Part shown: piece by piece, positions 13,958 to 23,251 of the stretch
Position numbering within the stretch: position 1 is the stretch's first letter
Layout: the number at the start of each line of letters is the position of its first letter
Origin: a virus
Taxonomy: Duplodnaviria; Caudoviricetes
IMG/VR virus record: IMGVR_UViG_3300033067_000511
Coordinates: 1-35,315 of that record
Length of the DNA: 35,315 nucleotides
Strand: one strand, 5' to 3'
Notes under the pieces: model-generated
Databases searched by the model: none
What the model was told of the DNA's origin: nothing
Seen by the model: only the letters and a program-made list of their open reading frames with translations
Program-made: the position numbers and the translations under genes

Positions 13958-16444
13958 ATGATCAAGAGCCAGTTGATCGACAGGCGGAACTTCTACGAAG
14001 TCCGTCAGTCCATTCTCGACAAGATTTATGCGGCCGACATCGTCGGCTTCGACATCGAAACACATGACGAGGGCCGGCACTCGGGCCTCGACGCCTTCAT
14101 GAAGGCCACGCACAAGCTGGTCTTCGACGTGAACCGCACGACGGTCACAGGCTTCTCGTTCTACTGCGACGGTGACGACACGGCCTACTACGTCAACCTG
14201 GCGCATGCGGACGTCGAGAACCGCCTGACTTGGGACGAGGCCCGCCAGCTTCTGGATCAGAAGCGTCCCGACGCCAACTGGATCTGCCACAACGCGCCCT
14301 TCGAGATCACCATGATGTCGAAGTCACTCAGTTACTTCCTGTCGAACGTGATCTGCACCCTGCAGATGGCGGTTTCGACGTTCAACGAAGACCAGTATCC
14401 GCTCGACGCCATGCGCGGCATGCGCTTCGGCGGGCTGTCTGTCCTGCTGCCCGAGATCGGTCGGGTCTTCGCCAGTTGTGATCCCTACAACCTGACCGAG
14501 GCGCAGTCCGAAGTCCTGTCCAAGGTGATCGGCAAGGCCTCGAACGCAGCCCACTCCTACAACGGGATCGTGCGGGAACTGTCCTACGGCTACGGCCTCA
14601 AGAAGCTGACCAAGTCGTTCTTCAACTACGACCAGACCAGCTTCGACACCGTGCTGAACGGCAGGGAGCACATGGGCAAGCTGACCGGTGAGGAAGTCTG
14701 CGCCTATGGTGCTGACGACGCCTACTGGACCGTCCGCATCTTCCACAAGCTGCTTGCCATGATGGCGCAGCAAGACCCGCGCCTGATCGACACCTTCTTC
14801 GATCAGGAGAACCCGATGATCTACGTGTTCTCCGACATCTGGCAGCAAGGCATGAAGATCAATGCCAGGGCCGTGCTGTCGCAGCGGGACATCGAGCGGT
14901 CCAACTACGCGCAGGCGCTGCGTGAGCTCCAGCAAACCATCCGGGACATGCTCCCGTTCCCTGACGAGCCCTCGAAGGGACTGATGGTCGAGGACTGGTA
15001 CGCCAAGAACTGGGCGACCTACCGGGGCAAGGTGATCGGTTGGGCCACGCGTGACCTTCCGGCTGACGACTACGCCTGCATTCAGACCACTGCTGGTGCC
15101 GTGTCGAACGCATGGGCGACGGAGCGCGGCCACCGCAAGAGCGCGGGCCCCAACTTCTCCCATTACATGATCATGCGGACGCTGATGTATGACCTCCCTG
15201 GGATCAAGCCGATCTACAAGGACGGGAAGGTTGCGTCTGATGCCAAGGCCCGAAGCAAAGCCACGGGCAAAGGCATTGACGCGCTGCTGGAGAAGCTGAA
15301 CCAGTTGTCGGGCATCGAGCAGCGGATGAAGCTGTATCTGACGCCCTACCTCCAGCTGATCGACCCGCAGACAGACCGCGTCTACCCGGTCGTGTCGTCC
15401 AAGCTGAACAGCCGCCGGATGGCCGCATCGTTCCCCAACCCGATGCAGTTGGCCAAGCGTGGCGAGTCGACCTACGTCCGCGGCTTCTACGAGCCAGACG
15501 AGGAAGATCACGTCGTCCTGTCGATCGACTGGTCGCAGATCGAACTGGTGCTGATCGGCGACTTCTCCCGTGATCCCAACTTCTTCGAAGCCTACGGCCA
15601 GATCCCGTTCCGGGATCTGCACTGGAAGGCGACCGCTGCGGCCATGAACATGACCGTCGAAGAGGTCAAGGCGCTGCCGGATGCCAAGAAGCTGCGGACG
15701 ATCATCGGGAAGGGCTCCAACTTCAACTACTGGTACTCGGGCGCTCTGTCGACCGTGGGCGATGCGATGGGTTGGTCGGCCGATGAAATGTGGCGCAAGA
15801 CCGAGGGCTATCGGGAAGAGTTCGCGGTCGCAGAGAAGTGGCGCACCGACCTGATCGCCGAGGCGCGGGAGAAGGGCTTCATCACCCTCCCCGATGGCCA
15901 CCGCCGGTCTCGCTTCGAGGCCACCTATGCGTGGCAGCACATGTGGATCGACCGCTGGACCGAGCTCTACGGTCCTGGCTTCGCCAACTTCGGCCGACTC
16001 TTCGTCAAGTCGATCTCGACCCGCGCTGCCAACCAGATCGTCAACTCGATGATCCAAGGCTCCTGCGCCACGCTGGCCAAGCGGTCGATCCTCGCGATCC
16101 GGCAGATGATCAAAGAGAAGGGCTTCCGTGCCCGCTTCATGATCCCGATCCACGACGAATTGGTCTTCTCGGTCCACCGCGATGACGTCGTGGCGTTCCT
16201 CAAGGAAGCCAAGCGGATCATGTGCCACCACCCCGACATCATCGAGACGCTGGCGGTCGACGCCACCGCTTCGATCGGTCGGAACTTCGAACCCTACCAT
16301 CCCGCGAAGGCAGCCTTCGGCCAGATCGAACTGGACGAGGCCCCGGTGCTGGAAGGGTTCATCGGTCCCGAGCTCAAAGACACGCGGCTCGGCGACGACA
16401 ACATCAAGCGTGTTCTCAACTATCTCTTCAAGGAAGCAGCATGA
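13958..16444 (+). CDS. polA: DNA polymerase, family A, with 3'-5' exonuclease
   Basis: Exo DIET / HNAPFE / YGADD; motif A DWSQIEL, motif B K-GSN-F-NYW-Y, motif C IHDELV. Confidence 0.96.
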   Translation: MIKSQLIDRRNFYEVRQSILDKIYAADIVGFDIETHDEGRHSGLDAFMKATHKLVFDVNRTTVTGFSFYCDGDDTAYYVNLAHADVENRLTWDEARQLLDQKRPDANWICHNAPFEITMMSKSLSYFLSNVICTLQMAVSTFNEDQYPLDAMRGMRFGGLSVLLPEIGRVFASCDPYNLTEAQSEVLSKVIGKASNAAHSYNGIVRELSYGYGLKKLTKSFFNYDQTSFDTVLNGREHMGKLTGEEVCAYGADDAYWTVRIFHKLLAMMAQQDPRLIDTFFDQENPMIYVFSDIWQQGMKINARAVLSQRDIERSNYAQALRELQQTIRDMLPFPDEPSKGLMVEDWYAKNWATYRGKVIGWATRDLPADDYACIQTTAGAVSNAWATERGHRKSAGPNFSHYMIMRTLMYDLPGIKPIYKDGKVASDAKARSKATGKGIDALLEKLNQLSGIEQRMKLYLTPYLQLIDPQTDRVYPVVSSKLNSRRMAASFPNPMQLAKRGESTYVRGFYEPDEEDHVVLSIDWSQIELVLIGDFSRDPNFFEAYGQIPFRDLHWKATAAAMNMTVEEVKALPDAKKLRTIIGKGSNFNYWYSGALSTVGDAMGWSADEMWRKTEGYREEFAVAEKWRTDLIAEAREKGFITLPDGHRRSRFEATYAWQHMWIDRWTELYGPGFANFGRLFVKSISTRAANQIVNSMIQGSCATLAKRSILAIRQMIKEKGFRARFMIPIHDELVFSVHRDDVVAFLKEAKRIMCHHPDIIETLAVDATASIGRNFEPYHPAKAAFGQIELDEAPVLEGFIGPELKDTRLGDDNIKRVLNYLFKEAA

Positions 16445-16662
16445 CCAAAGGTGAATACAGAGTCGGGATCGACTTCAACCCGAGCAGTGACAGCACCGTC
16501 TATCGGATCAAGCGCATGGCCGCTGACCTGATCGACCTGATCGAGACGATTCCTGCCGACACGGCAGATCGGCCGCGCCTTAAGGATCTGGCCCAGAACA
16601 ACGTCGAAGACGCTGCCATGTGGGCGGTCAAGGCAGCAACCAAACCGGAGTTCAAAGCATGA
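16441..16662 (+). CDS. Acb2/Tad1-like helical-hairpin protein (candidate anti-defence nucleotide sponge)
   Basis: 73 aa; IK..AADLIDLI...RLKDLAQNNVEDAAMWAVKAAT; ATGA coupling to the polymerase. Confidence 0.65.
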   Translation: MTKGEYRVGIDFNPSSDSTVYRIKRMAADLIDLIETIPADTADRPRLKDLAQNNVEDAAMWAVKAATKPEFKA

Positions 16663-16913
16663 CCGACAAGCAAGACGCCTACAACGTGACCGCTGACGAA
16701 CTGCGCCAGTTCGTCGAACGCTTCGAGGAATTGGAGCGCGAGAAGCAAGATGTGACCGACCAGCAAAAAGATCTGATCGCAGAGATCTCTGGTCGCGGAT
16801 ACGACAAGGCCGCATTCAAGGCGATCATCGCCATGCGGAAGAAGAACCCCGACGACATCGCCGAGTTCGAAGCAATCCTGGAACTCTACAAGCAAGCACT
16901 GGGGATGGAGTGA
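16659..16913 (+). CDS. gapR: GapR-like nucleoid-associated protein (DUF2312)
   Basis: VTADELRQFVERFEELEREK...GRGYD...IIAMRKK....AEFEAILELYKQALGM. Confidence 0.92.
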   Translation: MTDKQDAYNVTADELRQFVERFEELEREKQDVTDQQKDLIAEISGRGYDKAAFKAIIAMRKKNPDDIAEFEAILELYKQALGME

Positions 16914-17002
16914 TGCGCCTGATCGTCTCGATCATCGGACTCTTCACCTACGCCGCCCTACTCGGCTTCCCCGTTCTCTACGTCATGGACAAACTGGTAT
17001 GA
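16913..17002 (+). CDS. Small membrane peptide (29 aa)
   Basis: TGATG and ATGA coupling on both sides; MRLIVSIIGLFTYAALLGFPVLYVMDKLV. Confidence 0.6.
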   Translation: MRLIVSIIGLFTYAALLGFPVLYVMDKLV

Positions 17003-17238
17003 AAAAACTCGGCCTCTTCCTCTGGAACTTCTCCCTCTTCTTCGGTCTCGTGTCAGTCATGGCTCTTGGGGCCATCTCGGCGATCTACTTCGCCTTCTGC
17101 TTCATCGCCTGGAACATGCTCGGCGTTGATCAACTGACCGAGAACGCCCTGGTGGCCGTGCGGATCGCGATGGTCTTCTCCTTCGCCGTTACGACCAGCT
17201 GGATCTTCACCGATGGTCGTCGCGAGTGGGACTGGTGA
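16999..17238 (+). CDS. Membrane protein
   Basis: Two hydrophobic helices. Confidence 0.75.
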   Translation: MKKLGLFLWNFSLFFGLVSVMALGAISAIYFAFCFIAWNMLGVDQLTENALVAVRIAMVFSFAVTTSWIFTDGRREWDW

Positions 17239-17250
17239 CTATAGTATAAC
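17239..17250 (+). promoter_or_regulatory. Repeated promoter-like motif copy 4 (CTATAGTATAAC)
   Basis: Intergenic, upstream of the recombination/nucleotide operon, followed by a hairpin at ~17262-17297. Confidence 0.65.
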
Positions 17251-17300
17251 TCGGTCGTTTCCTAGTAGTAGCGGGGATCAAACCCCACTATTACTGGGGG

Positions 17301-17714
17301 ATGGTCAGCGCATGGAAGAACACTGAGAAAGAATTTGAGGGCGTCTTTGCTTCTAAGGGCAAAGGCGCTTTTGTACATCGACTGACAGATACTGCTGCGG
17401 CTAAGGCCACTTCTGGCAGTAAAGCCTTCGTTGCCAAGCAACCGTCAGATTACATCGTGACGGACAACGGCTTCACCTATTACGCGGAAGTGAAATCTTC
17501 GCACGACGAGATCTCCTTCCCGCACTCCAACATCCAGCAGTTCCAGATGGCGTCTGCCCGCCGGATCACAAAGGCCGGTGGCACCTACGTCTTCTTCATC
17601 AAGAACCTGCTTACAGGTCAGTGGTACTGCATCCCGGCAGAAATCATCATAGCAGCGGATAAGAAGTCGACCCGTTGGGCCGACATTGAATCCTTCAAAT
17701 GGACGCTGCAATGA
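17301..17714 (+). CDS. RecU-like Holliday junction resolvase (PD-(D/E)XK)
   Basis: E..FE, RLTD, QPSDY, YAEVKS, SF...NI...Q. Confidence 0.8.
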   Translation: MVSAWKNTEKEFEGVFASKGKGAFVHRLTDTAAAKATSGSKAFVAKQPSDYIVTDNGFTYYAEVKSSHDEISFPHSNIQQFQMASARRITKAGGTYVFFIKNLLTGQWYCIPAEIIIAADKKSTRWADIESFKWTLQ

Positions 17715-18262
17715 CCTTCCCCGACATCATGGTCGACCTCGAGACCACTGGCACTTCCCCCGACGAAACGGCGATCATTCAGATCGCCGCTGTTCGTTTT
17801 AACCTACAGACAGGTGAGGTCGATCCCAACGTCTTCGATATGTGCCTGTCGATCCCACCGCGCCGCTATTGGGACGAAGGCACTCGGGTCTGGTGGTCGA
17901 AGATGCCCGAAGTCCTGATGGACATCTGGCAGCGCCAACGCCCGCCCGAACTGGTGATGCGCGCGTTCGCCGACTGGGTCCGTGCCACCGACACCGGCGG
18001 TTCTGATCTGCACTTCTGGTCCAAGCCAATCAGCTTCGACTGGGCCTTCCTGCAGTCCTACTTCCGGCAGTTTGAGGTCGGCAATCCGTTTCACTTCCGT
18101 CAGGCGCAAGACATGAACACCTTCATCCGCGCCCGTTACTACCCCGATGAAGCACCGCCCCTGGAGAAGACCTTGCCGTTCGACGGCAGTGAGCACAACG
18201 CGCTCGACGACGTCTTCCACCAGATCAAGGTCGTGCTGACCGCTTATGAGGAAACCAAGTGA
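17711..18262 (+). CDS. DEDDh 3'-5' exonuclease
   Basis: IMVDLETTG, SFDWAFL, HNALDDVFHQ. Confidence 0.9.
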   Translation: MTFPDIMVDLETTGTSPDETAIIQIAAVRFNLQTGEVDPNVFDMCLSIPPRRYWDEGTRVWWSKMPEVLMDIWQRQRPPELVMRAFADWVRATDTGGSDLHFWSKPISFDWAFLQSYFRQFEVGNPFHFRQAQDMNTFIRARYYPDEAPPLEKTLPFDGSEHNALDDVFHQIKVVLTAYEETK

Positions 18263-19179
18263 ACTACGAAGTTCTCGGCGACCCACACCTCGGCCGCAAG
18301 TTCGAGACCGGCGTCCCGCTCCATCGGAAGGGGGAGCGGGAACACATGCAGCGTCAGACGTTCATCGACGCTCTCATGGAAGCAACGGCAGACGTCCATG
18401 TGACCATGGGGGATCTGTTCGACAAGTTCATCGTGCCGCCGGAAGTCGTCCTGTTTGCGGCCCACACCTACATGGCTGCAGCCGAACGAAATCCGAACAC
18501 GATCTATGTCGTGCTCCGGGGCAACCATGACGTCTCCCGCAACCGGGACAAGGCTTCATCGTGGGACATCTTCTGCGCTCTGGTCGACCAGCATCCGAAT
18601 GTTTGGGCCGTGGATGATGTCCCGGCGTCCTACGAGAACCTGTTGTTCATTCCCTACGACCCGTTCAACTACGATCACCTGGAGGAACATCTTGCGGACG
18701 GGATTGACACGGCGTTTGGCCACTTCGACGTTGTTGACTTCGGAGGTCATAACGTCGCTCCCACCGAGCTTCTTGCGAGTCATGGTATCAAAACCCTCAT
18801 CAATGGGCACGACCACCTCGCTCGTGAACTCGTTCGCGACGAAGTACGCATCGTGGTTACTGGCTCAATGCAGCCCTACACCCACGCCGAAGACAAGACC
18901 GGTGACCTATACGTCACTGTGTCACTCGATGATCTTGGCACTCTCGACCTCCGAGACAAGAATGTCCGAGTCCTTCTCAAAGCCGGTGAGACGCTTCCTA
19001 CCGATCTCGACTGTCTGAGCCTGACCGCCAAGCGGGTGGCATCGGACGAGACTGAAACGGTCGACACGACCGAGTTCGACAGCCTCGACATCGACGACAT
19101 GCTGGCCATCAGCCTCGACGGGCTGACGGTCAAAGACAGCGTCATGTCCTTTTTCAAAGATCTTCGCCATGCTTCGTAA
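18259..19179 (+). CDS. SbcD/Mre11-like metallophosphoesterase nuclease subunit
   Basis: GDPHLG, GDLFD, GNHD, GH, GHDH motifs; adjacent to an SbcC-like ATPase. Confidence 0.9.
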   Translation: MNYEVLGDPHLGRKFETGVPLHRKGEREHMQRQTFIDALMEATADVHVTMGDLFDKFIVPPEVVLFAAHTYMAAAERNPNTIYVVLRGNHDVSRNRDKASSWDIFCALVDQHPNVWAVDDVPASYENLLFIPYDPFNYDHLEEHLADGIDTAFGHFDVVDFGGHNVAPTELLASHGIKTLINGHDHLARELVRDEVRIVVTGSMQPYTHAEDKTGDLYVTVSLDDLGTLDLRDKNVRVLLKAGETLPTDLDCLSLTAKRVASDETETVDTTEFDSLDIDDMLAISLDGLTVKDSVMSFFKDLRHAS

Positions 19180-20944
19180 GCTCTACATCGACCAGATGTT
19201 CCGCCACTTCGACCGGACGATTGAGTTCGGCAAGGGGCTGACCGGCATCATCGGCAAGAACGAGTCGGGCAAGAGCCTGATCGTCGAGGCGATCCGCTTC
19301 GCACTCTTTGGCTCGGCCGCACTGCGCGGCAAGTCCGAAGACTACAAGAAGCTGCACGTCGAGCTCTGGTTCGACGTCAAGGGCCTGCCCTACCATGTCG
19401 TTCGCAAGGCCGGGAAGGTCGAGCTCTACCGCGATGGAGCCGAGCTTGCCTCTGGCACCAAGCCGGTCAACGCCGCGATCATCGACGCCCTTGGCTACGA
19501 CCTGACTGTCTTCGACGTCGCCAACGCCTGCAATCAGGGCAACGTCGAGGCGCTGTCCAACATGCGCCCGACCGAGCGCAAGTCGATGGTGGATCGCACC
19601 ATCGGTCTCGATGTGTTGGACGATGTGATCGCCCACTGCGGGGCCGAGGCGCTGGCCGCGAAGAAGCTGGCCGACGCACTGTCGCGCAACCTGGTCGAGC
19701 CGATCGAGCCCATACAGCCCGAAGGCTATATTCCGGCCGTATCGCTTGAAGACGATCTTCGGCTGAACCGGAAGCTGCAACAGAAGCGCAGCCAACTGCA
19801 GGGCTGGCTCACCGCGGCACCGGCCCAACCGAACGCACCGGCCAAGTGCCTGGTGCTCGAGACGGTCGCCGAACTGACTGCCTACCAGCAGACCCGCACC
19901 AGCCTGCAGAACGAGATCAGCGGCATCGAATCCGATCTCAAACGCCTCGTGCTGCCGAAGTATCCCGCCGCCTTCCTCGACGCTCAGGCCGAGCAGTGGA
20001 TCGCCTATGGCTTCTGGCTGCAGAAGAAGCGGTTCCTCGATCAGGGCCATCTGTGCTGCCCGTCCTGCAACCACGAATGGCCCATCGCTGCTGACGCCTT
20101 GAAGTCCTTCGAAGGTGTGGTCGAGGTCGCCAAGCCCGAGATCACCGAGATGCAGATCAACACCGAGCGTGATCGTCTCGGCAACGTCGACAAGCTGGAC
20201 GAACTGACCGGTCTGATCAACAGCCTGACCGCCAAGCTGGGAGGTATGCCCGACCGGTCTGCCGACCTTGTGGTTCGTAGAAACGCAGATGCGGCCGAGG
20301 CCCAGTATGCCGCACAGGTCAAAGCCTACGACGCCTATCAGGCCGAGTTCACGACCAAGAAGGCTGAGTTCGATGCGCTGGAGAACATCGACCAGACCGT
20401 CGAGGCGCTGGCCGCGCAGCATCAGAGTGCTGTCGTCTATGAGCGGGACCGCAAGGCCTACACCGAGGCTGTTGGCCGCTATCAGACCGCGCTGGATCAG
20501 GTCCAGTCCCACGTCCAGCAGTCCGACGAATACGCCGAGGCCAAGCGGCGGGTGCAGGCCCTCAAGGTCCAGGTCAAAACCCACCTTCTGCCGTCGCTGA
20601 ACAAGGTCGCGTCAATCCTTCTGAACCAGATGACTGGTGGGGAACGCTACGAGGTTCTGGTCGACGAGGACTTCGAGATCACCATCGACGGTCAGCCGAT
20701 CGGCACCCTGTCTGGTTCTGGCAAAGCTGTTGCCAACCTGGCCGTCAGGATCGCTCTCGGCCAGATCCTCACCAACAAAGTCTTCTCCGTCTTCTTTGCA
20801 GACGAAGTCGATGCAGCGATGGACGACGACCGCGCTGCTTACACGGCGCAGGCCCTGCGTCGTCTCACCGACCTGATCGGCCAGGTCGTGATCATCACCC
20901 ACAAGCGTCCCGAGACGGACCATTTGATCGAGCTCAAGAAATGA
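19169..20944 (+). CDS. SbcC/Rad50-like ATPase
   Basis: Walker A GKNESGKS, central CPSC zinc hook, LSGSGK signature, FFADE Walker B, ITH. Confidence 0.92.
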   Translation: MLRKLYIDQMFRHFDRTIEFGKGLTGIIGKNESGKSLIVEAIRFALFGSAALRGKSEDYKKLHVELWFDVKGLPYHVVRKAGKVELYRDGAELASGTKPVNAAIIDALGYDLTVFDVANACNQGNVEALSNMRPTERKSMVDRTIGLDVLDDVIAHCGAEALAAKKLADALSRNLVEPIEPIQPEGYIPAVSLEDDLRLNRKLQQKRSQLQGWLTAAPAQPNAPAKCLVLETVAELTAYQQTRTSLQNEISGIESDLKRLVLPKYPAAFLDAQAEQWIAYGFWLQKKRFLDQGHLCCPSCNHEWPIAADALKSFEGVVEVAKPEITEMQINTERDRLGNVDKLDELTGLINSLTAKLGGMPDRSADLVVRRNADAAEAQYAAQVKAYDAYQAEFTTKKAEFDALENIDQTVEALAAQHQSAVVYERDRKAYTEAVGRYQTALDQVQSHVQQSDEYAEAKRRVQALKVQVKTHLLPSLNKVASILLNQMTGGERYEVLVDEDFEITIDGQPIGTLSGSGKAVANLAVRIALGQILTNKVFSVFFADEVDAAMDDDRAAYTAQALRRLTDLIGQVVIITHKRPETDHLIELKK

Positions 20945-21267
20945 AGACCAAGAATCCCTTCCACCTTGCCGAAGCTCTCGACATCAAGGTCCGCGAAGCG
21001 CGGGCCAAGCTGCGGGAAAACCCTGAGTACGAGGCAGGGTGGGGCCGTCCCGGCATGCACCCTTACATCATCAGCCGCCGCCACATCTCGTGGCCGAAGT
21101 GGCCGAGTGAAGATGCACAGCTTCTGTATGAGCACAAGAAGCTCCACGACGAGGGCAAGGTCACGATGTGCCAGGGGCGTGATGGCGACTGGTTGATCCA
21201 GTACGCGATCCCGAACAACCCCCCTGTTCGCCGCACCACCTACTTCTTCTGTGGAGATTATTACTGA
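20941..21267 (+). CDS. Hypothetical protein
   Basis: Coupled on both sides (ATGA, TGATG). Confidence 0.8.
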   Translation: MKTKNPFHLAEALDIKVREARAKLRENPEYEAGWGRPGMHPYIISRRHISWPKWPSEDAQLLYEHKKLHDEGKVTMCQGRDGDWLIQYAIPNNPPVRRTTYFFCGDYY

Positions 21268-21812
21268 TGCTCATCGCCATGACTGGTGGCAAGGGCTCGG
21301 GCAAGGACACCTTTGCCCAAGTCCTCGTCCAAGAGTTCGACTTCGTCCATACCCGCTTCGCGGACCCGCTCAAGAACATGTTGCGGACCCTCTTCCGCGA
21401 AGCCGGTCTGGACCCCGAGGACTACATCGAAGGTCCGTTCAAGGAAGTCCCGCTGGACATCCTTGGTGGGAAGACACCGCGCTACGCCATGCAGACCCTG
21501 GGCACTGAGTGGCGCGATTGCATCGACCGCAAACTCTGGTCCCGCCTCTGGCAGGCCAGGGTCGAGCTGATCCTCAAGGAAGGCAAGCCAGTGGTCGTGA
21601 CCGACTGCCGGTTCATCCATGAGGCGGCGACGATCCGCAACATGGGCGGCTTCATCTTCCGCGTCGAGCGACCCACGCGCCGCAACGACGATCTGCACGT
21701 CTCCGAGCAAGAGATGAACCTCATCGAGGCCGATGAAGTGATCCTCAACATGGGCTCGATCAACCAACTCCACAACAAAGCAAGGGCCGTTTTCCGTGAG
21801 TATTGCCGCTAA
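21267..21812 (+). CDS. Deoxynucleoside monophosphate kinase
   Basis: GGKGSGKDT, FADPLK, TPRYAMQTLGTEW, TDCRF.HE, HVSE. Confidence 0.93.
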   Translation: MLIAMTGGKGSGKDTFAQVLVQEFDFVHTRFADPLKNMLRTLFREAGLDPEDYIEGPFKEVPLDILGGKTPRYAMQTLGTEWRDCIDRKLWSRLWQARVELILKEGKPVVVTDCRFIHEAATIRNMGGFIFRVERPTRRNDDLHVSEQEMNLIEADEVILNMGSINQLHNKARAVFREYCR

Positions 21813-22671
21813 GATCATCGCCGACAGCAAGTGCCTGACCAGTGGGAAGCGCATCACCACGATGCAGCTGCGGTATCCCCGCATCATCCACGCCGAGTTC
21901 ATGACACATCGGGTCTTCTCCCGGAACGCATCCTCGTCCCGTGCCGTCCCGGTCAAGAAGCTGATTGAAGAAGCCCGCTACGAGACTGCAATGCCGGTGC
22001 GCTTCGGGGCCAACCAGCCTGGAATGCAGGATAAGGGCGAAGATTACGACCAGTGGGTCAACAACTGGACTCGTAGAAGTGACCTCGACGCACAGATGCT
22101 TGATCCTCAAGATGCTTGGAAAAAGGCTGCTTGGGCTGCAGCCGATGCTGCTCAATCCTTCGCTGACGCCGGATTTCACAAGCAATTTTGTAATCGTCTG
22201 CTCGAGCCCTTCACCCACATCAGCGTCGTCGTGACCTCGACCAGCTGGGCCAACTTCTACGGCCTGCGCTGCCACGCCGACGCTGACCCCACCATGAAGG
22301 CCCTGGCCGACGCCATGTGGGATGCCCATCAGGCGTCCACGCCGACCGTCCTCACGCGGTTCGACTGGCATCTGCCGTATATCACCGACCGGGATCGTGA
22401 AACCCTGTCGGCAAAGCAGTTGCTGATCGCCTCTGCGGCCCGCTGCGCACGGGTATCCTATAACAAGCACGACGGATCTTCCCCGTCCTACGAGGATGAT
22501 CTAGCCCTGTACGAGAAGCTGGTCACCGCCGAACTCGTCCACGCTTCGCCGCTCGAGCATCAAGCTCTTCCTGATCCCGATGGACTCAGCAAAGACCTTT
22601 GGGGCAACTTCGACGGCTTCGTCCAATTCCGCAAAACCATCCCCAATGAGGCAATCCATGACGTACGTTGA
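21796..22671 (+). CDS. thyX: FAD-dependent thymidylate synthase ThyX
   Basis: AEFMTHRVFSRNASSSR motif, SAARCARVSY, HASPLEH. Confidence 0.93.
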   Translation: MSIAAKIIADSKCLTSGKRITTMQLRYPRIIHAEFMTHRVFSRNASSSRAVPVKKLIEEARYETAMPVRFGANQPGMQDKGEDYDQWVNNWTRRSDLDAQMLDPQDAWKKAAWAAADAAQSFADAGFHKQFCNRLLEPFTHISVVVTSTSWANFYGLRCHADADPTMKALADAMWDAHQASTPTVLTRFDWHLPYITDRDRETLSAKQLLIASAARCARVSYNKHDGSSPSYEDDLALYEKLVTAELVHASPLEHQALPDPDGLSKDLWGNFDGFVQFRKTIPNEAIHDVR

Positions 22672-23188
22672 GTTTGTGAAGAAGGTCGAGTCCACCAGCT
22701 GGCATCAGCCAAACGAGCGGCTGCTTCATGCCGCGATGGGTCTCTGCACTGAGGTCGGTGAGCTCTTCGAGCTCGAGTCTGACGAGCACATGATCGAAGA
22801 GATCGGTGACGTCTTCTGGTATCTGGCGCTGGCCCATGACGCCCTCGGCCTGGACTTCGACGCCAGTGAGATCGACCAGGATTTCACTGACTGGGAGCCG
22901 CGTGGCGAGACCCCGCTCGACACCTTCACCATCTACGCGACCGAACTGCTCGACATGGTGAAGAAGCAAGTGTTCTACGGCCGCGCGATCGACGTGAAGA
23001 AGGCCGAGCTGACCCTGTTCACGCTGAAGATGGCTCTTCAGTTCGGCCTTGAAAGCGAAGGCATCAAGGTCGCCGACGTCCTGCAGGCCAACGTCAACAA
23101 GTTGACGACGCGCTATCCCGAGAAGTTCTCGGAAGAGGCGGCGAACAACCGCGATGTCAAGGCAGAATACGCTGCGATGAGCCGTTGA
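22658..23188 (+). CDS. mazG: MazG-like NTP pyrophosphohydrolase
   Basis: GLCTEVGEL...EEIGDVFWY and N..KL..RYP; GAGG SD before ATG 22658. Confidence 0.88.
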   Translation: MTYVEFVKKVESTSWHQPNERLLHAAMGLCTEVGELFELESDEHMIEEIGDVFWYLALAHDALGLDFDASEIDQDFTDWEPRGETPLDTFTIYATELLDMVKKQVFYGRAIDVKKAELTLFTLKMALQFGLESEGIKVADVLQANVNKLTTRYPEKFSEEAANNRDVKAEYAAMSR

Positions 23189-23194
23189 GTTTCA

Positions 23195-23227
23195 TGGTGG
23201 GAACCTTAAACTGAGAGGTTCCCACTA
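23195..23227 (+). promoter_or_regulatory. Intergenic stem-loop upstream of nrdJ
   Basis: GTGGGAACCT / AGGTTCCCAC 10-bp perfect inverted repeat. Confidence 0.5.
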
Positions 23228-23251
23228 ACCTTTAACACTGACAGGGAACAA

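Noticed and set aside
14324-16300. 658-aa minus-strand ORF (also 11660-12490 and 19154-20584)
   Set aside because: Antisense shadows of polA, the helicase and sbcC caused by strong codon bias; no motifs
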